Positions 41,801 to 53,103 of a stretch of 64,000 nt of DNA are shown one piece after another. The position numbers and the translations under genes are program-made. The notes beneath the pieces were generated by a model that did not search any database, had not been told where the DNA came from, and saw nothing but the letters and a program-made list of their open reading frames with translations. The stretch covers positions 28,398,001 through 28,462,000 of the forward strand of contig CM097885.1 in assembly GCA_044892525.1 (NCBI GenBank), in the 5' to 3' direction. Within the stretch, counting starts at the first letter, position 1; each line of letters starts with the position of its first letter. The DNA is from Schmidtea polychroa (taxonomy: Eukaryota).

Positions 41801-43163
41801 TTTGTAGTAAATTTGAAAAGTTTTTAAAATACATCTTGGGATTATTAGGCATTTTAATTAAAGCTGGATCATCTTTTTCACAAAATCTTGTATGTTTAAT
41901 CATAGAGTTTTTAGTTGTTGAATAATGAAGACATCTTTTACATGTTCCTCCTCCACTAGTTGGATTCTCTGGAGATGTAAAAGCTTGAAAGTTTTTTATT
42001 AAAACATAATGTTGATTATTTTCTTGTTCCAAGATTAAAAGATATATCTCGTTGTCCTGTGCTCCGTTATCCTTGGTTCCACTATCTGAAATATAAATTG
42101 GAATAATTTCTTTCCCTATAACATGTTCATAAATATTAAGTTTAAGATTATTTAATTTTTCAAATTCTGGAATGTCTTCTAGTTTCATTGGGTGTTTGAA
42201 TCCTTTGGGAAATATTAATTCATTTTCATATTGTTTGTATTTTGAAACTCTTTGGGGATTTGTTGCTTGAGGATGTAAATGTGCAAGTATTGACCAGATG
42301 AAACATTTGTTATCATTATTCTGTACATTTATAACATTTTTAGATTTAAAGGGTGTAGGAATATAAGATTTAGGATTGGGTGGTAATCCTCTCCAATAAT
42401 CAATCACTAAAGTTTGGAAAGAGTTGAATACTAAGTTTGAATCTCCTAATTCATTTTCTACTTCCTCTTGTTTTGCTTCTGCTGCTTTAATTATTTCTTT
42501 GATGGTTTTATCAAATCCTTTAATTGAAAATAAATATTTAAAAGGTATTCCAATTTCAACATCTAAGGGTGTTGTCTTTTCTTCTGCTCCTCGCCAGTAT
42601 TTTGCTTTGATTATAATTTTATATTTTATAACATTATACCTTGTCGGTTTATAATTTTTTAAAGCTTCAGTGAAAGAATTTTTAATATTTTCTTTATTTT
42701 TATTTATATATTCTCCAGGAGTTGCAGGCCCATTAATTTTTAATTGAAATTCATCTATATGATTAAAATTATCCCAGTTATATTTTTCTCTTTCAACATG
42801 ATCAGGTTCTCCTTCTGAATGACATTCCTCATCGTCAGAATTTTGTTTTTTATTTTTACATTCTTTTATATGTTCTAAATAATAGAAATTTAGTTTTGTT
42901 GAAAAGTTACAATGAGGACATGTAAATATTTCTCTATTTTTCCCGATACAATTTTCAAAATGTTTATTATATCCAGAATGTAGAAATCTTCCTTTACATT
43001 TAAGACAAAGTTTTGAATTTTTATCATTAAGATTATTTTCTTTTAATAAATGAGCTTTCGATTTTAAGTGAGAAATTAATCCAGTTTTATTTTTAAAAAC
43101 TTTATTGCAAATATTACAATTCATTTTTAGAAAAAAAATTTTTATTGGATACCCTGTTTTCAT
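38833..43163 (-). pseudogene. Protein-primed family B DNA polymerase (pPolB), split by a one-base frameshift at ~40848-40851
   Basis: ExoI YGDFES, ExoII FHNLFGYD, ExoIII DVYILAD, motif A YIDATALY, motif B KLLNNSVFGK, motif C DTDS. Adding one A restores RALKMWELF across the two ORFs. Confidence 0.93.
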
Positions 43164-43209
43164 TTTATTTTTTAAGATTTATATTATTCATTTTTTATAA
43201 TAAAAATTT

Positions 43210-44188
43210 TAAAAAATGACAAAAATCCAATCCTAGATAGCGCAGTGGGCTAGACTGACACAGTGGTTCAAATGGATAGCGGTTCAAATCACATCTGAGG
43301 TTAGTTTTTTTTCAACATAAAATAATATTAAAAATTTGAAAATAATAGTGTGGGTATCTTAGATTTATATTTTATTTTATTTATTTTTATTTTATTTTAT
43401 TTTATTTTATTTATTTTATTTATTATTTTATTTTTTAAACATAAATATGAAAAAAAAAATATTGAAACGGGTGATGGTGGCGAACCGGTAATTATCGCCA
43501 CCTGTCTTTCGAACACCCCCGGATCGATCCCGGTAATGTGCACATTTATTTCTCAGTTGTTTTCGGACCTCTTTCGGATTCGCTTTCGAATTCATTTGTA
43601 CTTTCGAGCAGCACGCTTAAAACGCCGTTGAAATCGACTTCGTGAGCGAGAAGCGAATAATAAGGCGTGCTGCTATTATTGGATTGATTCTGATGTATGA
43701 GTCTGGCCAGCTTGTATATTGGAAGAGATTTGATAAACGAAAGAGGTTGAAATAAAAAAAAAATGATCCGGATCAAAAAAACTGTTGAGAGGACAGTGAA
43801 AAAAAAAAAAAAAATACCACTGTCCTCTCAGAGCAGTTTTACTATTTTCATAAAATTTTTTATTCTTCAAGACATCAAGATTAAAATTTCATTTATTTTT
43901 TTTAATTAGCCAATTAGCAACTTGCTAGTTGGCATCCTCAAGTAGCCTTCTAACTTTTTCATAATACCATTTTCTTTTCTATTCTCTTTATGTTTTTAGT
44001 TTGAAGCTTTTGAGTTTGAGGCTTTAAAGATTAAAACAGTTAGAGTCATTAAGGGTGGTTGTTTTCAAAATATAGGGTTAAAATACTATAAAAGTATAAG
44101 TTTTAGGTTGTTTTTCTAATAGCTTAAGTGATTTGGAGGCATGTTTTGTTGGGAGGGCTGTTTTGGTTGGGTATATAACCACACTACT
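43210..44188 (-). repeat. Polinton right TIR (~980 bp)
   Basis: Reverse complement of the left TIR plus an extra ~190-bp segment. Confidence 0.9.
43231..43302 (+). ncRNA. tRNA-like Pol III unit in right TIR
   Basis: A-box TAGCGCAGTGG at 43238-43248, B-box-like GGTTCAAATCAC at 43281-43292, T8 at 43305-43312. Confidence 0.5.
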
Positions 44189-44194
44189 ATCTTT

Positions 44195-44490
44195 ATCGAT
44201 ATTTAGATTGTTGTCTTGCAATGTGATTTTCAGGGCCGTAATGCATTTCTCTGCAGGGAAACGTCCTTCAACACGAACTAAACCTAAATTCCAAACCTGT
44301 TTCTTGCCATGGACATTCAAATTTAAATAACATCGGTTTCTTGATGATGTCCTTTCATCTATAGTTAAGGAAAATCGTGTTCCATCTTATTTGATATTAA
44401 TTAAATCCTGCATAATTTTAGCACGCGTTTTTTGTGCGTATTCTAAAACCATTTTGCGAATTGAGTTAGGTGAACGTGACAAATTTGAAG
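44195..44490 (-). pseudogene. Upstream part of the interrupted hAT transposase
   Basis: RFSLTIDERTSSRNRCYLNLNVH...WNLGLVRVEG...LQDNNLNIDKD joins in frame to ITSITTDGAAVM once the Polinton and one TSD copy are removed. Confidence 0.88.
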
Positions 44491-47400
44491 TTGTTATAAA
44501 AATAAATGCTTGAAGAAGATTTGAATTTATTTGCGTCTAACACTATGAAATTATTATTTTTTTATCAAAGTTATAAAATTTACGATTTTCGAATTTTTTT
44601 CTGCAAATGTCGATGAACCTTGTTGAATATTAGAAATGCTACCTTCACACAAAGTTGTTTGACTAGAAATATCTGATATACTTTAAAATATTTTAATTAT
44701 TTGTAATTAAATGAAAAGGTTCTTACATTGTCAATTCTTCACCTTCGAAAAAGCTAGCGTTTCCAGAGAAATATCTGAAAATCTAAAGAAATAATAACTT
44801 CAAAAATATTTTATAAATAGATTTTACGATGTTTCGTCGTCCTTTTATCGATTGAAAATCCAAATTTTTTTCTGCCATGAATTTTAAAATATTAAAAATA
44901 ATGATATGTTAACAATATGTTAATTACTTTTAACTTTCGCAATAAAAAAAGCTATAATAAATTTGCGTGTATTTTATATTGTGTGTAAAATTATTTTTCT
45001 ATCACTTCCTCAACTTTCAGAGTATTAAAACTTTGCACACAGGTAAGTTTGTGTGTTCCTATATTATAATTTTATCGATTTTTTTAGATTATAGAAACTT
45101 TTAACTTTCGGAATTAGGTGTATGGGGTTTTCTGTGCAATTGACTTGCGTGCTTATATATTGATGTGTGTTCATTTACACCTAACTGCGAGAGTTAACAT
45201 TGTCTATAATATACGTTGGTGTGCACACCAGTTGAGGTGAGTCACCATTTATATGACAATGTTAACTTAATTTCATTTTTTCAACTTTTCAAAAATCGTT
45301 TTAAGGTAAGTTTGTGAATAAAAGTAATTTTTAGGACTTGAATTTTGATTTTATATAATTATGAGATCATTATTCAAGTTCTTAAATATTACTGTTAGTC
45401 AGCATTTATAATATAACATTGATAATTAAATTTCAGGTGTTTTTCTAGGAATTTTAAGATATTTTATTTGGATTTATTTCGTAAAACTGTAAGTTAGATA
45501 ATTTTATGATTATAAATAAATAAAGTAATCACCAAACATTTATTTTTTAAGACATTTAGGAAAGAATAGATAAAATAGTTTTTAAGTTTTTGTAATCTTC
45601 TTTCGAATTTTGTCTTTTTCTGCAATTCTATGAAAATATTAATTTGTTAAAATAATTTATTAAAATTTACGATTTGCGATTTCTTTTCTGCAAATTCAAA
45701 GATGTCGAAGGACCTTCTTCAATATCTGTAAATCTAAAGAAATTTTATATTCTAAATTATTTTATAATTAAATATTAAGATGTATTTTCTTCTTTTTCTC
45801 TAAAGCTCAAGGTAGAGCAGTCGGAATCTGATTCAAAAGTTTTTTTGTGCATAACTTTTTAAATAATTTGAAAATATTGATATGTTAATTATATTAAATT
45901 TTTTCACACATGTAAGTTTGTGTGTTCCTATAATATATATTTATTGATTTCTTTTATATTATAGACAATGTTAACTTTCGCAGTTAGGTGTATAATTTTG
46001 TTGCACCATGCGTTGAATTAATTTAAGTGTGTACATGCCTTTCTGCCTTTGTTTGACATTCAAATTTGGATTTATTCTGGAATTTCTTATTTATGAATTT
46101 TCCTAATGATTTGAGATTTGTTTTAATGGGTAAAATTTAGTGGTAATTAGAATATATATTTTCATCGAATCTTTTTCGGATTTCTTAAAAATTAATAAAA
46201 ACAAGTTAAATGAATTGACTAATTTTGCGCCATTAAATTGTGTGAGCAATTACAATTTCCGAGTTTCACTTTCGGGTGGGTTTGATTGGTAAAAAATATA
46301 CAATATTTTCAGACCATTTATATACATTTATTTAAATTTATTGATAAGTTAAAATTAATATCCAATTTTATTTTTATATTATCTATCTATTTATTTAGGA
46401 ATTTGTGGATTTTTTATATATTTTATGGAATTTATAAATGAATTGAGTATATTTATTATTTATAAATATTAATAAAATTTCATTGTTTATATCGAGTAGA
46501 GATTTTTGAAATATTTCATTAAATCTTTTAATCATTTAACATAAATAGCATAATTATTATATTACTCCTTTGTAATAATATTATTATAAATGTAATTCAA
46601 TATAAGTGAATATAAGTCACTGTTATGTCATTTTTACACAATTAAGTAATTAATATAGCAAGTTAATATATTTCATAATAATATATAAATTATATTTTTG
46701 ATATTTTGTCTCACTACTCATTGCGATTTAAAAAATATAGTTATAAGAAACGAGAAGATTAGATGGGATTTAGTTGTGAAATTAAATTTATTATATTTTT
46801 AGAAAAGAATGGAAGCCGACGAGAAAAGAGAAATTCAGAAATATTATTTCTGAAAATTATTGGGAAATCTTAACTATAAAAGAGGTGATATAATTTTTTT
46901 TACAATAAAGCTCTATGTAAAGGTAAAGAATGTCATTGTTTCCTCTAACTTGACATTTGCGCAGCTTTTTAGAATAAGAGTAAAATTTGGACCACATTGC
47001 CGAGTCAATGAAAAAATCATTGTTATTTTCAACTCATTGTGAAACAATTTTAAAAGATAAAAATAAAAATAAATAATATATAAGTATGACGATATATACA
47101 AGTTTAAGAGGTTTTATATGTAAAAATACATTTTTCAAACTTTAAAAAATGTTCATTTCGATGATTTATTATAAAACTGGGAGAAACAAATTTCTTTGCG
47201 TCTTCTCGCCCACGCCATGTGTATTCGCTCACAGCTTGGATGGAAGGCGGAATGGAGATAGAGTTTTGATTAACTTTGTTCTTCACAGAAAAAATTAATT
47301 ATTTGCGAGTAACATATTGGACCAGTTGAATTATTAATCATATACATTCATAAATCAGCTTGTCATTTTGAAGAAAATTAAATACATCCAGACGTAATTC

Positions 47401-50029
47401 CGACATTCAAAAGTAAATCAAAGAATGAAATCTGATAATCTGTAAACAAGCGAAACATTAGATAATTTTTTTCTGCGAATCTGAAATTTTCGTTTGAAGA
47501 ATGACAAAGATAATATATAAAAAATTTACATACAGTTTTATTTTTCTCAAATTTATTATTTATGTATTTCTAATTAATTAAATTTATTGGAATATTAAAA
47601 TTCATAATTAACTGCAAATTATAAAAATATTTTAAAGGGATTGACAATAAATCAAAAATATTATCACATCAAGTTATTTTTAGATAGAGATTTTTTAAAT
47701 TAGGCGCGAAAATATTATTTTAGATATCAATTAATTAAATAATATACGTAAATATTATTTTAGATATATTCTTATTAATTTATATAGAAAATATTAAATT
47801 AGGTATAAGTGTACTAAATTTAGGCGGTTACTCATTATAATTAGATTTTTTATTAAATTTAGTTAGTCGTAATATTTAAGGCGTATTTTAAATTAGACTT
47901 AATTAAAATTTTAAAATATAAAAAATCAAATTTCAACTTTAAACTTTTATAAAAAACAACATTTAAACGACGTTTTACTTTCGAGTTGGAAATTTCTTTT
48001 CAGTTTTCAAATTGTTTTTATTCTCAAATACACCAAGAAAATTACTCTCAATAAAAAGAAAATTATTTCATGTTATTAAAGAATTAAAGTATTGCAATAA
48101 ATTTAGAAAATGTTAGTAGGTATATATGAGCTTATGGCAGCAATTTGGTACCCCCCTTATTACTCAATAATTAATCATAATTTAACAAATATTTCCATTA
48201 ATTATTTCCTTTTATTTCATTATTTTTATTTAATTAATTAATTATTATAATTTTATTTTTTTATTAAGTTTTTTTTATTTTGTTATTTAATTTATTTTAG
48301 TTTAAATTTAAAACTTAAATTTAAAAGCTTATATATACCCACTAATGTATAATTTATAAAATTAGATATTTCATTCGTTTTAATTATTGGAAATAATATT
48401 GTTTTAATTTAACAAATCTGAAAAAATTAATTAAATAATTAAAATATAATATTTGTGGAGCGAGACAGTTATGGGTTGGTGGGAAACACTGAGACGAATA
48501 GGAATGCAATAATTTTAAATCGACGAAGGAGAGGGATGGGTACCTTGACAAAGTTATTCAAAACATATAAACTAATTAATTATTTAATTGATATTGATTA
48601 ATATACTCAATTAAAAACCAAATAAGCGAGATTTCCGCCATTCAAGCTAAAGTGAAGTTACTTTAAAATTTCCAAAATTTCAGTCAAAAATCAAACTAAG
48701 GGATATAACGGCTAAAGGAATGTCATATAAGAAAAGCCAAAAAATTGAGAAATCCGCTGGTAGTTTTGAAATTCAAAAAACAAATTTTATATGTTACTCA
48801 TTGGCCTGCCTACCTATATTATTAAAAAAAGAAAATTGTAGATCTTATTAATTTAGTGCGTGTAATGACGAGTGTAAATATAATTTACTTAAATAAACTT
48901 GCTGTTTTTAGTCTTCTTTTTTTAGTAAGTAGGAGTCAGCATCACCTACCGAATATTCATTAATAACCCAACATTAATAATAATTTTACTAATAATTAAT
49001 AATAGTCGTTTACAAAAACATTCTATTTATTTTTCACGCAAGATTTGCTTCTGTATCTGGTTGATTGCTTTATTTAATCTGTTAAATTTTAACATGCATG
49101 TCGTGTTGAAAACGTATAGAAAATCTTAATACAGCCTAAGCAGTTTTGAGTTGAATAGTTTTCTACGAAAATTATAATATCAAACGCATTAAGAAATTAA
49201 ATTGTCATTTTATATAATTGTTTGTGACAGAATGTTTTGTTATGTTTTGCTTTACGTGTCAATAAACATTCAGTGAATACATTTTGATCTTCTTTTTTGG
49301 AATTTTATTGATTAATAAGGATCATAAAACAATTTTAAAATTATAAAAATGAACTTAGCATAGGGGTAAGCGTAATGACGCATGATTCAATAACTGAAGT
49401 TTTGCTATCTGTAAATTACTTAAAAATTTTTAAACATGTTTTCTATGAAATTTTGTGTACAATAATAAGAACATTTTATATAAAATTAATTAATTTTGTT
49501 TTTTAATATTATCAGGAGCCTAACAGGGGGTTGCCATTTATAAGCATTGTGCTCAAGCCTACTGATGGTCAAAGGTAAAATACAAAAATAATCAAGAATA
49601 ATTATAATAATGTTACAAAGGCCCCCGACAAAAGGGCCTCTGATATAAGGACCCTTGGCAAAAACAACCCCTTTTAAAATGGCCCCCGCTAATAGGATCG
49701 CGTAGATAGAAAAGTGAATTGGATCACAGTGAATGGTGATAATACTCAACTTTATAACTACGTACTATTAGGCATTTCGTACAATTATTAAATGCCTGTA
49801 AGCAAGCCTGACTCGGTTTCTCCTTCTGTAAAAATGTTTTCACGCACATTAGAGGCCGTTATATTTTGCTTGCAAACAAATTTTTCTTCTAACCACGTAA
49901 ATCACATACAATAATTTATGCGTGCAACAAAGATTTTCTGGATTTCAGTTTGAGTTTGTAGAATCATTATCACTAATGCAAGGTTAAAATAATGTAGTGC
50001 AAGAAATAATAATAAAATAATGACGTTTC

Positions 50030-50075
<46 letters not shown>

Positions 50076-50567
50076 GTAACTTATAGCTTAATGCCGTTTC
50101 TTCGTCGAGAAGACGACATCGGGAGCGTCCCCAAGGCTATAAATATCACAATGTGGTGACGGTCGAAACCGAGGAGAATTTAGCAGGGCCGTCTTTAGAA
50201 TTGTGGTGGCCAACGCACCATTATTTATGGGGGCCCTTTATCGTAATAAAGGTCAGAAAAATATTCGATTTTTTAAATTATTATTAAATACATACATTTA
50301 TAAAAAATTAAAAATTCAATTTCCGTAATGAGTACGTTTCCGTACGGAAATTGAATTTACTTATCATTACTTATGCATTATTTCAGATTTATTTAAGTAC
50401 CATCGAATGACACATAGTTTAGACACGGTGCTTTAAGAAGTTTAATATTATTATTATTATTATTTTTTTTTAACGCAATCTATTATTACTACAAATTTCT
50501 TGCATGTATGATTTATAAACATGTATATAATGTCTTAATTTCTGGTTGGCGGGGGGGGGGGGGTTAA

Positions 50568-53103
50568 TGTTATATGGATTAAATTAATATTTAAATCATA
50601 TATTATAAGTTAAAGGTTTTTATTGTAAAGAATTTAAAATTAACATAATTTAAAATTGTTTTAATAATACTTATTTATTGAAATATGTATTTTGAACTAT
50701 TTCTTATATTATAATTTTATAGATATATAACATGGCGTCATTTGCAGGATAGGAATACTTACAAGAATTTCTGTTTAATTAAAGGCTCTCAGAGTTGAAA
50801 GTCTTCAAGAGATACAGTAACGAAAAGATTGAAGAACATTTGAAGAAAGTACAAGATTTTGTAAAGCAGTTCTGGGAACATCATTTAGTAACAGCAGACG
50901 AAGAAAAGGAGGTTTTCTTAAAGTACTTCGAAGAAGATGTCATAAAGGAAGTAGATTGCATGGCAGAAAAAGATGCAGAAAAGTCAATAGAGTGGTACAC
51001 TGATAAGATTACGAAATTACTGAGTGAAAAGAAGTCAAAAACGTCGGTTATAGTCGACATATTAAATGATACAATACAAGAAAGAAACGAAAGTACCGTT
51101 GATTTTGCCAAAAGAATACGATTATGATGTATTGCGTACGACGGAGACAAAGAAGGAATGATGACTCAAGCTTTTATCGAAGGGTTACGGCATAATTTGC
51201 TTTCAACAGTCCTGAGAATTAGACAGCCGTAAACATTAGAAGAAGCTGTTGAAGAAATAAAGACGGAAGACAAAGATATGACAACAATGGAAGAAGGACA
51301 TCAGCTCAGGAAGTTCAGTTCCTCGGATCAAAGAACAATAGTCGCATTAAAGAAAGAAATACAAAGATTGTAGTAGATTATAAAAAGTTTAAAGGCGCAA
51401 GGAACACGGCCTGGAAACGATGCGCCTCTTACAAGAATGGCGGATCGTAAGTGTTACAAATGTAATAAACTAGGTCACATAGCCCGATTCTGTAAGAAAC
51501 AAAAATGGATAAAACCAAAAGAAGAACGAACCAGTGCGACAAAAAAGGTTACATTTCTGCTAATTGCCGAGTTCATATGAACGCAGTAAAGAGTGGAATG
51601 AAATGTTTTAAATGTGGTCGAGCGCACCAAGCGAGATTCGGCGATAAAAGGAATAAGTTTAGGTATCTTCAAGAAGAATGCGAGGAGGATATAAAAATTG
51701 AAATTTCAGATACAGTAGATTTGGAAGAAAAGGAAAATAACTGTGCCACAATGACAACGGATAGTTGGAGTGAGCAAAAAACAGCAAAGTTGATAAGAGG
51801 TCTTGCAACAAAACCAACATTGGAAGAGAAATATGCTAACTGTATCAATGGTAAAGGTAAAAAACCAAAGAAACAGCTGAGGAAATACGAACCAAGGCTG
51901 ATTTCTGTTAACAGACCTGAGAAGGCCCGAAATAAACCAGTTACAGAATGTGTGCTTGGAAATTGACAGGTGAAAGTCATGTTTGATTCAGGAGCAGATC
52001 TGAATGTTATAGGTCAAGAGTTAGTGGAAGCTATTGTTAAAGATAACCCAGTACTAAGAGTTTACAATTCAACGACAAACGTCACATGCGCTAATGGAAG
52101 TACAGTACAATGTACCGGTAAGATTAAGTTAAATATTTCAATCTTGGGATTTTGCAATTACTACAGACGTTTTATTAAAAATTATGCATAGACTTCAGAG
52201 AAATTAGGTACGATGCTAAAAAATGAAAGCAGTTTCCAGCGGAATGAGGATAGAAAAGTAGCATTCTATGAACAAAAGCGTTTATTGTCCTGGCTAAAAG
52301 TATGACAGTTGCGGTGTTGGATGAAAGGAATGTGATGGATTGGAGCACTATTCTACCAACCATATAATTTGGACTAAGAACCACTAAACAGAAAACCACA
52401 AAACATTCCCCATATGAGATTGTATTCGGAAAGAAAGCAAGACTTCCAATCTGACCAACACGAGTACTAGGAGAGAAAGTTACAAATTATGATGTATAAC
52501 AACTACAAACAGATATACAGACAATTTAAGAGAAAGTTAGATGTATTATTGAAGAAAGTATGAAGAAAACTGCAGAAAGAGATAATTTAAATCGATGGAA
52601 TAAGGAAGCACGGACCGGAGACTTAGTGATGGTTAGAAACGAAGACAGAAAAGGTTTTGAAAGGAAATTCGTATGCCAATTTATTATTCAGGAAATAATA
52701 AACAAATGGACATTTATATTATATAATGATAAATTAAGGAAGACAATAAAAAGAAACTTCAATCAAATTAAAGTAATCTAAGAAATTCGAGATAGAGAGT
52801 ATTACAAAGAAAATCAATATTTGGTCAAGAAAATCGAGTGTAAAAACAAAAGAGAAAAAGATTTATCCAAAGAAAGAGACAAGAAATCCAAACCCACGAT
52901 ACTGTTTCGATTGTCGGCGAGGGGGATGTTATATGGATTAAATTAATATTTAATTCATATATTATAATTTAAAAGTTTTTATTGTTAAGAATTTAAAATT
53001 AACATACTTTTCAACATAATTTTAAATTGTTTCAATAATACTTATTTAGTGGAATATATATTTTGAACTATTTCTTATATCATAATTTTATAGATATATA
53101 ACA
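50568..53103 (+). mobile_element. Internally deleted Ty3/Gypsy LTR retrotransposon
   Basis: TG...CA LTRs at 50568-50732 and 52927-53103, PBS TGGCGTCATTTGCAGGAT (50733-50750, tRNA-Ser-like), purine tract before the 3' LTR. TSD not conserved. Confidence 0.9.
50780..52781 (+). pseudogene. gag-protease and residual pol fragments
   Basis: Zinc knuckle CYKCNKLGHIARFC and two degenerate knuckles, aspartic protease VMFDSGADLNVI, LGFCNYYRRFIKNYA (RT end), HSPYEIVFG (integrase end). Multiple stops. Confidence 0.85.

Larger units (their letters stand above)
29446..44188. mobile_element. Polinton/Maverick (adintovirus-like endogenous virus), 14,743 bp
   Basis: Termini AGTAGTGTGGTTATATACCCAACC...GGTTGGGTATATAACCACACTACT, TSD ATCTTT (29440-29445 and 44189-44194), long TIRs, and the core gene set pPolB, INT, ATPase, protease, MCP, penton. 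Confidence 0.97.

Noticed and set aside
33011..42654. Antisense ORFs overlapping Polinton genes (e.g. 33011-33370, 35605-35910, 37142-37462, 39169-39598)
   Set aside because: Shadow ORFs on the opposite strand of real genes, with no motifs.
46860..47290. Possible host exons
   Set aside because: Slightly GC-richer open frames but no recognisable domain or convincing splice sites.
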